Below are positions 36,955-49,768 of a stretch of DNA of 64,000 nt, piece after piece (the stretch's first letter is position 1; every line of letters begins with the position of its first letter). The stretch spans positions 231,741 through 295,740 of the forward strand of contig NW_005434656.1 of the NCBI RefSeq assembly GCF_000315625.1. Reading direction: 5' to 3'. The notes beneath the pieces were generated by a model, which was not told the origin of the DNA, did no database searches, and worked only from the letters and a program-made list of their open reading frames with translations. The translations under genes were made by a program, and so were the position numbers. This DNA comes from Guillardia theta CCMP2712. Lineage: Eukaryota; Protista; Cryptophyta.

Positions 36955-39114
36955 ATGAGCGACGAGAATTTCATGCAGGAGGAGGAGGAAAGGATGCGAG
37001 ACAAGCTGGTGGAAGAGCAGGAGGAGAAGATTGGCGTCAACGGGACCCATCAGGTCGAGCAGACTTTTGAATTCAGAAGGAAACTAAGCGTGATGAAGGA
37101 AAGAGAGTTGGAGGAGATGGAGAGAAAGCACGTTGAGATCCTCTCTGCCCTCCAGCATGAGAACGATATGCTCCGCAATCAGGTCAAAGATCAGTCGAAC
37201 ATCGCCAAGCAGCTAGAGAACCAGGTTCAAGAGCTGAAACTGTCCATATCGTACTCGGTTTCATTGGACGCGCTGAGAGAGTATGAAGAGCTCATTGCAA
37301 ACGAGAGGGTGAACAGCTGGCTCATGACTCTGAATAACATCGCAAAACATTGGACACGGTTGAACACCTCGCGATGCTTCTGGTTTTGGTTCAACCACGC
37401 GATGTGGAAAAAACGCAACCTGTGGTGTGTTCGACGAGTGTCAAGGGCCCGTCTTCACGCGTGGCTGAGGAAGTTCAAGAATGTCATGACGATGAAGAGA
37501 GTTGTGAAATCTGATACCCGCAAGGCCCAATGGCTGAAAATTATGCACCAAAGAAGGAGATGCCGATTGCAATTCAAGCGATGGATGAAGGTGTGCAGGG
37601 CAAGAAAGCAAGGTTGCCAGAGGGTCGAACAATCTCTCCAACAAAAACGTGCTCGTGATCTTTCATTGTTGTTTGTATTTTGGTTGAGTCGGCTAAGAAA
37701 ATCTCAACGGATTGGCAGAAATCATGTACACAAACAGCAGCAGTTTATCAAAGACATGTTTCACCTCTGGTCGGAACAGAACACCCGTTGCAAGTACTTT
37801 CAGCAGACGATGCAGCTTCAGGAGACTGTCAAGCTCTATGAGAGTGAAATAGAGGCAATCATGACGCGTCTACATGAGGTGGAGACTGACCTTGAGTACG
37901 AAAGGAGCAAGAACTTGCTGGAATACCGCGAACAGGCGATAGTAAAAGAGAGGGAGATCGAGAGGATAGAGCAGAATTGTGCGGAGAAACTTTCTGCCCA
38001 CCTCGAGGAGATCAAGATACTTGAAGCTGTCAATAAGAACCTGACGGAGAGAAACAAGGAGCTCGAGTCAGAAGGTTCCAACAGAAAGCTGAGCCTTGTG
38101 AAGGATCGTCCGATAGACGTCTGTGTTCCGGATGCTGCCCAGGATACAAAAGTCATGCATGAGATGTCTATACATCTCTCTATCACGATCTACAAGGCGA
38201 GGATGACGAAACGCATCGTGTTTGACAGCTTTCGAAGTTTGACAGGGAGCCCTAAAGCAAGGATGGGTGATTTCTTGTCATCGCTGCTCGATCGTCGCAC
38301 TCGTCAGCTTGCCTTTCAGTGCTGGTCTACAGCCAGGAATCTCAGCAGGAACTTGCTCGTGAAAGCAACTCGTTGCAAGTCAAAGTCTTGTGACCGCACG
38401 CTACTGGTTGCGTTGCAGGATTGGAGGGGATTGTGCCGGGCGAAGAGGCGGGAGGAAGGGAAAATCATGAGAGTGCGGAGGAGAAACTGTGAGAAAGTTC
38501 TGCGATGGAGCTTTGAGAAATGGAACGAGGAGCCTGAGAGCATCTGTGAGATGAGAAGCCAGCTGGTGAGGAAGGAGGCGGAGGTAGCGGAGAGGACAAG
38601 AGACTTGCAGGAGAGCAACTCCAAGTACGACGCGATGCTGCTGTCCAGACGGCGAGAGATGGACAGGATGAGGCAGGCGGCAGGGTCCCTGGGCTTCCAT
38701 GCCCAGAAGAAGGTTCCCCTTCTTCGTGCGATGACAAGCTGGAGGCTGCAGGGCATGCTAAAGTTCCTCTTCTCCTGCGTGAAGCTCAAGGCAGCGGCGA
38801 TGGGAAGGAGGAGTGTTTCGAGGAGAGCGCTTCATGCCTGGGCGTGGGAGGCGCTGGGGGAGAACGAGGAGGAGCAAAGGAGGCAGCAGGATGGGCCTGT
38901 GCAGATGACTCCTAAGGAGCAGCTTCGTGCGGCAAGGAGGATGGTGACGTCATGGGAGCGGCTGCAGCGGAAAATCTTCTTCAAGCAGACGTTTCTAGGC
39001 GGCAGCTTTATCCGATGGATCAACGAGCTGGCTCTACGAGCCTTCAGCGAGTGGCGGCAGGGCTTGAACTCCTCCCTCACCCGCCGGCGAGTCAACCTAG
39101 GAGGGTACGTCTGA
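36955..39114 (+). CDS. Coiled-coil protein with Sfi1-like (centrin-binding) Trp repeats, 719 aa
   Basis: Long uninterrupted ORF. Recurring basic [FL]xxW[RK]-type repeats (LQFKRWMK, LAFQCWST, VALQDWRG, RWSFEKWN, LRAFSEWRQ) are interspersed with coiled coil. Confidence 0.65.
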   Translation: MSDENFMQEEEERMRDKLVEEQEEKIGVNGTHQVEQTFEFRRKLSVMKERELEEMERKHVEILSALQHENDMLRNQVKDQSNIAKQLENQVQELKLSISYSVSLDALREYEELIANERVNSWLMTLNNIAKHWTRLNTSRCFWFWFNHAMWKKRNLWCVRRVSRARLHAWLRKFKNVMTMKRVVKSDTRKAQWLKIMHQRRRCRLQFKRWMKVCRARKQGCQRVEQSLQQKRARDLSLLFVFWLSRLRKSQRIGRNHVHKQQQFIKDMFHLWSEQNTRCKYFQQTMQLQETVKLYESEIEAIMTRLHEVETDLEYERSKNLLEYREQAIVKEREIERIEQNCAEKLSAHLEEIKILEAVNKNLTERNKELESEGSNRKLSLVKDRPIDVCVPDAAQDTKVMHEMSIHLSITIYKARMTKRIVFDSFRSLTGSPKARMGDFLSSLLDRRTRQLAFQCWSTARNLSRNLLVKATRCKSKSCDRTLLVALQDWRGLCRAKRREEGKIMRVRRRNCEKVLRWSFEKWNEEPESICEMRSQLVRKEAEVAERTRDLQESNSKYDAMLLSRRREMDRMRQAAGSLGFHAQKKVPLLRAMTSWRLQGMLKFLFSCVKLKAAAMGRRSVSRRALHAWAWEALGENEEEQRRQQDGPVQMTPKEQLRAARRMVTSWERLQRKIFFKQTFLGGSFIRWINELALRAFSEWRQGLNSSLTRRRVNLGGYV

Positions 39115-39118
39115 CGTG

Positions 39119-40601
39119 TCACAGCCGTGAAGAAGGGATAGAGCGGAAGGCGGGAGGGCGTCGCTGTACGAACGCATTTCTTCCTTCTTTCCCTTCTTCG
39201 GAGAGATAATACAAGCGGGTGGCCTGCCATGACTGTTATCCTCCTTTTGCTTCCGGGCCGAGCAAAGGTCACCTGGCCGGCCAGCTCCATGATCCCTGCC
39301 TGCCCGTCCTCGTCTGCGTTGATCGCTGCTTTGAGACAGGCCAGAGCTGTTGGACTGAGAGCTAGGATGCGACTGTTGGGAACGTGAGGAGAGGTTGGAA
39401 GGAGGAGGTGGGAGAGGCTGATACCGGCACCATCTTAAAGTCTCCCTCTGCGTTCTCTTGTTAGAAAATGTCCAGGCAGCTCGTCAGAGGTCACCTCTAG
39501 CTCGGCAAGAGGTACAACAGAATTGACAAGCTTCATCTCCAGTGCCTCCTTGGCGTTGTACAACCTCCAGGTCCGATGAGCGTGGGAGCACGATGAGCAG
39601 AAGGGAGGGAGAAGGGATCAAAGAGGGAAGGAAGGAGGAGGTCAAACAAGGAGGGAGAAGGAGCAGCGAAGAAGAGGCAAGCCCCTCAAGCTCACCTGCA
39701 AAGGAACCAGATCTCCCTGGCCTTCTTCTGCCCGACTATCCGCGCCATATGAGAAGAGCCATACCCCGCGTCGAAACTTCCAACCTACCCAGCAGGTCAG
39801 GCCTACCTCCCTAAATGACGTGGCAGGGAACCTTGGGCCCGGTCTGCCCGAAGAGAGCGTTGTCTGCCGCAAGCGACAAGTCGCAAACCTGCCATGCCCC
39901 CCTATCACTCGACGTTTCGTTGCCATCGAACCAGGAGTACCATGTGCAGAATGTGCCCGCCTCCCACCGCGTATCCTGTAGCGCAGCCATCAGCTAGCCA
40001 GCAGGCAGGCGAGCAGGCGCCACGTCACCAGCGATCATGGCGATCACAGGCTTCGGGCACCTCCTCATCTGAACCTGCCGTAGCCTCTCGAGTCAGCCGC
40101 ACGAAGTAGACCATGCGTCCGTTCCACCTGGAGGTCCAGCACAGAGAGTCTCGGCACAGGTTCTGTCCCGTCATCGTACCCTCCTTCTCCTCTCAGCGTC
40201 TGATCCCCTCCCGAGCAAAAGGCGTTGGGCCCTTCCCCTAGTGCAAGCTCACCCCCAGCAACAGTCTGCCTGGATCTCACCGCAAAGAATGATCACTCCT
40301 ATAGAAACATCGTCCTGCGCAAGAGCAAACGCCGTCCGGAGTTCCTGCCAACACCATCACGCTCAGCAGCTCTCACCCTCACGCCCAGCAGCTTTTTCAG
40401 CGTCATCACCTGGATCGTGAGAGGTCTGAACGCATTGTGAACTTCTGGCCTGTTGATAGTGATCTTGGCGATACCTTCGTCGCTCGTGTGGTATCGAATG
40501 TCCTTGAAGTTTTGCGCTTGAGTTCTGTCATGCCATTGTGTATCTTTGTTCGACACCAGGTGAAAGCCATCCTTCTCCTGCTGGGGCGCCTGCGCAACCA
40601 T
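39119..40601 (-). CDS. menB: 1,4-dihydroxy-2-naphthoyl-CoA synthase (phylloquinone/menaquinone pathway), multi-exon; start uncertain
   Basis: [90 protein letters not shown]; C-terminus ..PSSRL*. Confidence 0.95.
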
Positions 40602-41331
40602 GAGCACTCGACAGACGGTCTACAATGGTTCACCTTTGACCTCCCGGATTTCCCCAAGGACTGCGGAACAGTTAGCGATAGAAAGAGATCACGATCAGCG
40701 ACAGCATGATGTCTAACGATCCTTCAAAACATAACTGTAATATCTCGAGGCCTTCTGTTTCCATTCAACACGTCTCATCACTTCCGATTGTTCCCATCAT
40801 TGCCCGACTATGATATCATACATACCTCCTCCCTCTCTCCCTCTCCTCCTCCCCTCACTCGCTCTCTCCCTCGCTCTCCTTCTCCTCATCCATCTCCTCC
40901 TCCTCGCTCTCCTCCTCCTCTTCCGTAGTTCCTCACCATGATGACTTGGCCTCCCTAGGGCGAAAGTTTGAAACTTCGACCCCACAAAGTTGAAAGTTTG
41001 GAAGTTTTGCAACTTTTTGTTTGGAATAGGTTGGAGTTCCGAGTTCGGAAGGAGGGAACAACTACCCACCCCCATATTTCCCCCTATATCAGAGCTAAGA
41101 GTACCGGTGATATTCTCCTTTTCTCAATTTATTGACTATTCTTTCTGGTTCTTATTGTGTTACTTGTTTACAGTAATGACCTTTTATGTTGGTAGCTTCA
41201 GGCGGAACAATTAGTACCGCAATTCTAATAATCGATCATTCATAGTAGCGGTACATTATGTTGCAGGTACTGTTTAATAACATTTTATAATTTTTAAAAA
41301 GGCTTCTCCCGCAGTCCGGTCATCGCCGGAA

Positions 41332-44300
41332 ATGCCCGAGTTCGAAGCAGTAGCGGAGCAGGGAGGGCGAGCGGGGAGCAGGTAACATTCCTTCCTTCCC
41401 GCTCCCTCTCTACTCAGTCTCCCCACCGATGACAGGTGCAGCAGGTGAAGCCCGCTTCCTGACCTGAACGCCCATCATCGAGATCTGCCCGGTGTGAAGG
41501 GGACTTCTCAGCCGGAGGGAACCTCTTCCATGGGAAGCAAGGGCTGGTAGTCAGTCGACCAGAGAACGCAAGAGCATGTACTCCCACTCCTACGAATCTT
41601 CTTCTGGGCCTGAAGAGAGCGGAGAATTCGATGACCTCGAATGCGGTATGCCCCTCCTATATGAGCCATCCGGCTCCCCCTACTTTGGCACTTATCCCGA
41701 CCCAGGCATCGGCATCGAGGTCAAGCAGCAGAAGGGGCAATATCAGGTACTTCTAGTTCATCCGAGGAGAGCTACACTGAGTTGGGGCCTCAGGTGTCCC
41801 ACATCTCGGAAAACAGCTCAGCCCAACGGGTGAGAGAGTTGGAACGCTCGCCGACGTTCCTTGAGAGGGAGCCTTGCTGAGCGCTCTTCCAGACTGGGCT
41901 GTTGCATGTCGGAGACGTGATCCTCTCAGTGGAAGGTTTCATCCATGGTTGAGTAGATTGCCCGCCTGTGAACTCCTTCTCCAGGCATCTCCGTGTTCGG
42001 GAAGAAGCAGCACGAGGTCTTGGACCTGCTCCTGGGACCTCTTGACACTCTGGTGAGGGCGATGTGAGGGCAGACACCTTGAGAGTCGTGCGAACTTGCA
42101 AGGAGCTGAGCTGATCTCATCTCAGGTCGAGCTAGAGATCGAACACTGCCAAACGCCGGTGAAGGATCGCAATGTGATGGTGCGGTAAGTGATTGAAGGT
42201 TGCAGGGCAAACGGAGCAACGTCGTTGTCAGGAGGACGAAGAATGATGAGGTATGGATCAACGTGTGCCATCTTTCCTTCCATCGTCTGTCGCGCTTTCT
42301 GGTCCACGCACCCTCCTCTCCCTGCCTGCCATCGCTTTCAGTGCTCTGCAGTCGTACAGTTCACTTGAACCATTTAACTGGGTTTGCTCAGAGTGAAAAC
42401 ATGCCTGGAACTCCGACCTCAAACGATTGCACCCTCTCAGGTACATATTCGTTTTTCTTGCTTTCAGTAAGACACTTCATGCAGATGAAGGGACTGTCTG
42501 CTCGTCCAAGGGGTTGTGAACTCTTTTCGTTGTCAAGCTTAGTAACGTGATGCACAGGAAAGAGGAAGTTGGAAACATAGGAAACACGGTGAGTTCCTTG
42601 ACATTGATTCTCTTGTTTGTATCGCTCGCTGCATTCTTCCTCCTGGTTGTATCGCTCACATTCCGTCAGGAGAATATTGATGGGAGTGACAACGCTGTCT
42701 GCGAGATCTCGTCGGATCTCATCGAGCAGGATCGGGTTGAGCCAGGGGCCTCGCCCGAGGTCAAGGATGGGCTTGACGAGGGGGGAGAAAACTCGTGGGA
42801 TCCTGAAGACTCTCACGTCGAGCATGGGGAGAATGGCAACGAGGTGCGGTCGGAGCGAACTTTCTGTGCGAACTGTCAGGTGAGATTCGGCGGGCCCGGG
42901 CCCCAGGGTGTCAGTGACGGGATGCAGTCGATGTCCGAGTCAAACCAGCAGCTGCGAGAGGAGAATGAAAGGTGGGCGGTGGTGCGGCAGAACCGGGGGA
43001 ATGAAGGAGTTTGGTGCAGGCTGACGGAGGAGAACGAACGGCTAAGGAAGGAGATAAGGATGTTGTCGGAGGACAAGCAGAATGTGCTGAAGAAGTCTTA
43101 TGCGCTGTCTGAAGCGAGCCTCGACCCCAGCGAGTTTGTGTTCCACATGTAAGCAGCCGCAGCGGAGCATTGGGGGAGGAGGGAGAGGTCTGAACCTGCT
43201 GATAGGAACGACGAAGAGCAGGAAGTTGACGGTGACAGGGTCGGCGATTTTGCCGAGGGATCGTTTGACCCATCGGAGATGGGAAGTTTGGTTGACGAGC
43301 AAGATCAGGTGAAGGGATAGAGGAGTGGGCTGCTGCTGATCGTTGAGATGCCCAGGACAAGAAACCTGACAACTGTGGGATCGGAATCACGCTACACGTT
43401 GATAATGAGGGTGAGAAGAGGGGCTAGTTAGTCTTGGCGGGGTCACTTGGGTAGCTTCGTGATGGTCTTTCTGGTTGATTCATGGTTCGATGCTGGAAAT
43501 GTTTCCATTGGGGATGATGGAGATGATGGAGATGAAGTGGTTAGTTCAGGGAAAAAGCGTGATGTTGGTTATGGTAATGGTGATGCTGCTAAAGTTTGCG
43601 ATGACAATGACGATGATGACGGAGATTTGACTAATGATACTGCAACGAGCTCCGATGGTTGTTACACTTCCTCCCAGGGACATTTCGGATCATCTCCATC
43701 ACTCACGGCGGGCCTGCGGATCTCTCCGGGGACGTTCTTGTGGGGGACGTGGTCACTAGCGTCGACGGCACTCCCATCAAAGCGATGAGAAAGGTCTGTT
43801 AGTGTCGTTTGACCAGCCAAAGTTTGACCGCTGCTCTGACACCTTTCTCCCACCAGCCTGACGTCATCCGACTGCTCAAGGGGCCGGCTGGGACGAGGGT
43901 CGCCGACCCTCTGCAGGGACTCTGCTGGTCTGAATTTGCCGCAGGTCAATCTCGAGCTGCGGAGAAATGACAAGCGTTGTACCGTGGAGATTGAAAGGGA
44001 CGAGGCCCAGCAGAGAGTCTGGAAGGTGAGATGTCATCCCGAGCCCTTCCTACCTTCCCCTCCAGCTCTCTCCAGCCTGATGACGCGTCGTTGTCAAGGT
44101 GCTCTCGCAGTACTCCGAGCTGCATCCGGAAGACTTCGATGACGTGGACTACGATCAGGACGTCAGGTCCGTAGCTGCCCCCCCTGCTGCAGTCCAGCTG
44201 TTGACCGTGTGGGCCCCAGTGGACGAGGAGCGGCGGAGTCGATGAAGCTCCAGCTACAGCAGAAGGTCAGCTGACATTGCACCCTTGACTTTGACAAGCA

Positions 44301-47300
44301 CCGCAGCTGGAGCATATCAAGATGCTCGAGGCGCAGCTGATGGAGGCAGAGAGGGGGAAGGAGGGGATGGTGAGGGGATGGGGACTAGGGGGAGGAGCTG
44401 AGCTGGAGCGCAGCTGGACCGGATCAACTCTCTCCTCACAAGAGCGCAAGAGAGCGACACGTCGACGGGAGCGAGACAGAATGTAAAGCGAAGACGAGGA
44501 GATGATTGAGACGATGATGATGATTGAGACGATGATGATGATTGAGACGATGATGATGATGTAGATGATGATAGCGATGGTGGAGATGATGATGGAGATG
44601 ATGATAGATATGATGATGAATTGGAGATATCACGACGCTGCGTGTAATGAGCAGATAGTGACATGAACTGCAAGGTGGTGGAGTCTACTCGACAAGACGA
44701 CTCCAATCCGAGTCAGCAAACCACCGCAGACCTCAAGACTTCAGGTGCCAGCAACTCTCCGCCAAAGCCAGATAAGAGCGAAGCAGATAAGAGCGAAGGT
44801 GATATTAGCCTGTTCCCCTCCTCTCCTTTCCTAGCATTCTGCACTTGCTTCTTCTCCCATGGATCCTCCACCTCCCCATTCTGCCATCTTCGTCATTCTC
44901 ATCCAGCTGAACAGCGGGAGTTGGGCTGGTCCTATGGCACGAAGGTCCCCCGCTCATCTATCGGTCAGCTATCTTTCTGGTCTTGTCGCTGCTGAAGTCT
45001 CTCCTGCAGGGTGAAAGAGATGAGGGACAAGAGGTACCGCCATGTTTCCTTTCCTCCTGCCTCCTTCCTCCTACCTCCTTATGATTTCTCCTCCTTTCTT
45101 CTCCTTCCGCTTGCTCGTCCTCTTCCTACTCAGATCTGTTCCTCCCAGTTATCTTCCATCATTGTTTTCCTCGTTTCCCCTTCATTGTTCCCCGTCTCCC
45201 CCCTCCCTCCTCCTCACTTTCTTCCCCCTCCTCTTTCTTCTCCTTCTCATGCTTCTGCAAGTCCATCGCAGATCAGCCGTCAGGTTCAGATTAATGACAT
45301 TCTATTGACCGGTCAGAACTTCACAACTACCTCCCTCAATCTTCCTGCTGCTTCCACTCCCGCCCCTGCCGCTACTCGTACTCCTGCCCCTGATTCTGTG
45401 TCTACCTCTTCCTCTCAACTTTCGCTCAAACTTTCTACTCTGCCCTCTATCCAATTTATGCGTGCTTCTTCTTCCTCCCGTTCTCACGACTTTGCTGTTC
45501 CGATTCTGCTTTCTCGTCCTATCGCCCTCGCACATTCCAGTCGACAGCATCGCCATTCGAGATATGGCTGAGGCTGACGTGATCGACCTGCTCGACGGGC
45601 AGCATGTAACGACAACATCTACCGCTCCGTTCCTCTCCCACCACCCTTCCTTCGTCTTCCCATCCCCTCTACCTTCTCATCCATCCCTCTTTCTTTCAAC
45701 TCTGCATCGCACCTCTCAGTCCCGCCATTTCCTGCGAATTCTTCTCCTTCCTTCTGCCAACGTCCCATCACCTCCTCCTCGCCTCCCTCCTCTTCCCTTC
45801 CTTCTCCTCTCCTTATCTCGTCAGCAGGGAACTTCCGTCATCCTCGGCCTACAGCGGGTCAACGGCCAGGGGCTGCTCTACGTGACGTATGTCAGCCTTA
45901 CGAGGAGCAAGGAAGCCGGACCATCGGTAGCGGAAGCGAGGATGAAGAGGTGCTGAAAGTGGGAAGGAGAGGAGGAGGAAGCGGAGGAGATGAAGGAGGC
46001 AGGGGAAGGGGGGTTACTGGAGCAGGATGAGGATGAGGATGGGGTGGGGGGAGGGAGACGAGGTAGCCGAGGAGGAAGCGAAGGAGGAGGAGGAGAGATC
46101 GAGAACAGGATTTGCTGCTTTCTTACCCCATGAGCCCTCCAGTGAAGAAGCGCAGAGCTCATCCAACGGTCAAAAATCTTCGAACATGCGGTGAGAGAAG
46201 GGAGAAAGCAGAGCAGAGCAGAGCAGAGCAGGGCAGAGCAGAGCAGAGCAGAGCAGAGGGAACGAGTGCAGAGGGTGGGAGGGAAAGGAACGGGGAGGGC
46301 TCTAGTGGTGATTGCGTTTCGTTGACAGATGTTCGGTTGGACTTCTGGTTCGCAAGGATTCGCGAGGAAATCTCAGGTGGGACTGACAGACACAAGGGGA
46401 AGGAGGAGGAGGAAGTGGTGGAGGAAGTGGTGGAGGAAGGGACTCAACCAGTCGCTGCTTGGAGACTGTGGAGGAGGCGGAGGGCGGAGAAGGATGGGAG
46501 AGAGGAAGAAGGAGGGTGCAGGGTGCGACGGGAGAGAAGGGGAAGGAAATGAGGGAGGGAGGGGCAAGGGGAAGGGGGGGTTGATTGATGAATATAATCA
46601 GAGTTCGGGGGTTCGCTCCGGGGGGACCTGCTGATCGCTGCGGAAAGGTCAGGCCAACAGCCCTTCCTGTCTGCTCCCTCTTCCTCATCTCCTCCCATCC
46701 CTCGCCCTGCCTGAGTTCCAGCACCCTCGCCTCCTGTTGTTTCTTCCCCGTATGTTCTTTCGAATCTTGTGATTTTCCCTCCTCTCCTTCCCCTTATCCT
46801 TCTGATGCTCCTCCTCCTTCGCTTCGCTCATCGTCCTCCTCCGCCTAGTCCAGCGCCTTCCCCTTCCTCCTACTCCCTCGGTTGAGACCATGGTGCAGAT
46901 ACAAGTCGGGCACATCCTCGTGCAGGTGGACGGGCAAGGGGTGCGAGGGCTGCACTACAATGAGCTATCCGGTCTGGCTCTCCTCTCCTCTCCTCTCCTC
47001 TCCTCTCCTCTCCTCTCCTCTCCTCTCCTCTCCTCTCCTCTCCTCTCCTCTCCTCTCCTCTCCTCTCCTCTCCTCTCCTCTCCTCTCCTCTCCTCTCCTC
47101 TCCTCTCCTCTCCTCTCCTCTCCTCTCCTCTCCTCTCCTCTCCTCTCCTCTCCTCTCCTCTCCTCTCCTCTCCTCTCCTTCCCTACCCTTAGCTGCAGCT
47201 ACCCTTAGCTGCCATACTTATTTGTCCACTAGAGCTTTTTCTCGGATCCCCAGGCAGTTCAGTCGAGTTGGTCTTTCAGGTCTCTTCCCTGTTCCCTTCT

Positions 47301-47667
47301 CTGCCTCTACTCCCTTCCTCCTCCCTCCCTCCTCCCTCCACCCTCCTCCCTCCCTCTTCTCCTAAACTCCTCCCTCCTCCCTCCTCCCGCCTCTCCCTCC
47401 CTTTTCTCGCCTTCCCCTCCCTCCTCCCTCCTCCCTCCTCCCTCCTCCTCCCTCCCTTGCTCGTCATGCTCCACCCTGGTCCCTCCTGCTCTTCCTCTTT
47501 ATCTTTCCCATTGGTCCCCCTGCCTCTCGCTCTTATCCTCCTCCTGCCACTCTTCTTCAACCTGACTTGCAGCAGGAGGGTCATGGCGCTGAGTCTCGTA
47601 TTTTCCGCGTCCAGCTGCAGCGAGACGCTGGGCTAGAAGGAGGTAGGAGGACGAGGACGAGGACGAA

Positions 47668-47700
<33 letters not shown>

Positions 47701-49089
47701 GAGCGTCGCGATCGTTTTCTCAATGTCTGGCAGGATACTCGCGGTCGAGCAGACGACTGGAGACAGCGAAGGATGTCGATCCTGTACGCGGAGGGGAGGG
47801 GACGGAGAGGAAGGGAGAGGAAAAGCAAGGGAGGAAGAGAAGAGGAGAGAGGGGGGGGAAGGGAATGAGAAGGGGAGAAGGCATGCAGGAGGAAAGGAGG
47901 TTGGGAAAGGACATGCAGGAGGAAAGGAGGGAAATCAATTCGGTTCTAATCTTGCATGTGCCGTCAGGTCGCAGCTGAAAACGCCGTGAAGAATGCGCGA
48001 GCGAGCGCTGCTTCCCGTTTTCAATCTTCTCCTCGCTGGGGGAAGCAACCTGGTGACCTGCCCTTCTGCTCGCCCCTCCTCCTCTGACTGCAGCCGGGAC
48101 AGGTTCATCCTCAGCAGCGTGTGAAGTGATGGGGATCAAGATCGAGAAGGACGCCGACGGGTGCCTTGCTGTCTTGCTGTCAGCCGCCCGCAGGCTGACT
48201 GCAGTGCAGGAGCGTCAGGATCGTCGGGCGGGACAAGGTTGACGAGGAGGAGGAAGATTTGAGGGTGGATGATCGAATAATTTCCATCAACGACGAGCAG
48301 GTTACTACCTTCCTCTTCTTCTCCTCCTCTCCCCTCTCTCCCTCTTCGTTTCCTCTTTCTTAGCATGCATATCCTCTGACCCCGTCGTTGAACTTTGCAC
48401 AGGTCCGTCAAATGTCGATCCAGCAGGTGCAGGAGCTGCTGGGAGGACAGCAGGGAAGCAGCGCAAAGCTGCTGGTGGAGCGACAAGGCTGCCATCCCTT
48501 CACCATGGTAGGGATCAGAGGCAGGAAGCTTGGAGGAGGAGGAGGAGGAGGAGAGGAGGGCGCAGGCTGCGGGGTAGGGATCACATTCAAGCTGAGGAGG
48601 GACGGGCACTACCATGTCAAGTCGCTTGCGGACGGAGGGCCCGCGCAGCTCTCGGGGCTTGTCAGCATCGGGGACATCGTCGTCTCCGTCTCGGGGGTGT
48701 CCATCCACCACTTGAGCCACGCCCAGCTCGCTCAGCTGGTGCTTGGGGTAAGTTCCAGCTGGGGTTGTCAGCTAAAGTTGTCAAGGGCATCTGACGTTCT
48801 TCTCCAGCCCAAGGGCACCAGCGTTGAGTTCGTCCTGCTGAGGCGGACCCCCGAGGGAGAGCTTTCCACCCGCCCAGCTGTGCTGACCCGAGCGGAGCTG
48901 CCTTCCTTCTCAGCTCTTTCCGGTCAGTCGACGGAAGACGGAGGAATCACGGAGCAGCCGTCGTCAGGTAGCTCAGGTCAGAAATTTCCTCCTTCTTCAT
49001 CTCAGTTCTCCTCCTCTTTCTCCTCCTCTCCCAACCGTAAAGCTGACTTCGCATCAGATGGCTCGGAGGGCGGCAGAGTGACTGTGTAG
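41332..49089 (+). CDS. Multi-PDZ domain protein (about 5-6 PDZ-like units; may be two gene models)
   Basis: Repeated PDZ signatures: GIGIEVK..LHVGDVILSV; CGIGITL..GGPADLSGDVLVGDVVTSVDG; GGPADRCGK..IQVGHILVQVDG; GVGITF..GGPAQLSGLVSIGDIVVSVSG. Confidence 0.75.
46979..47178. repeat. (TCCTC)n intronic microsatellite, ~40 copies
   Basis: Pure pentamer run. Confidence 0.97.
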
Positions 49090-49768
49090 CTTTTACTTCA
49101 GAGAGCCAGTAAAGCTCCCGATATCCGACATAATCCAGTCTCTCGACACTGAGTCCCAAGCTAGCCCATGACTGAGCCTAACCGTAGTCATCATGGTAAT
49201 CGTTCCCCCGGCCCGTCCCCCGGCGGCCGCCCGGCCTCCGGCTCTCAGGCAGGTACTGAACGACTGCTGCAAGCCGTCGCAGAAGAAGACGGCTGACATT
49301 GGCGGGGGCCGGTGCTGGGGTCGGGTTCGGTCACCGGTTGGTCGCGGCTGTCCTGAGTCACGCGCGGCAGTGTCAGTCGGTCACGGTCACGGCCCGCGGT
49401 GCCGCGCAGCCCGCGGTCACCGGGTGGTACGGTCTGCGCGGTGGTCTGGCGGTCACGGGGGTAGAACTCTGTCTGGCGGTGGTGCTGTAGCCTGGCTGAG
49501 GGGGATGTGGGGGCCCACGTCAGAGGCAGGGAAAATTTGACTAGACGGCCGTTGGTTTACGAATTTTGTCGGGAGAAAGCAGGAGAAAGCAGGGCGATAG
49601 AGGAGGGAGAGAGAAAGAGAGAGAGAGAAAGTGAGTGAGTGAGTGAGTGAGTGAGTGAGTCAGTGAGTCAGTGAGTCAGTGAGAGTTAGAACAGAGGGAG
49701 AGAATGATCGTTGTGAGGGGTTGAGAAGACAACAGCAGGGTTGATGAGTTGATAGGAAGTCAAGGAGA

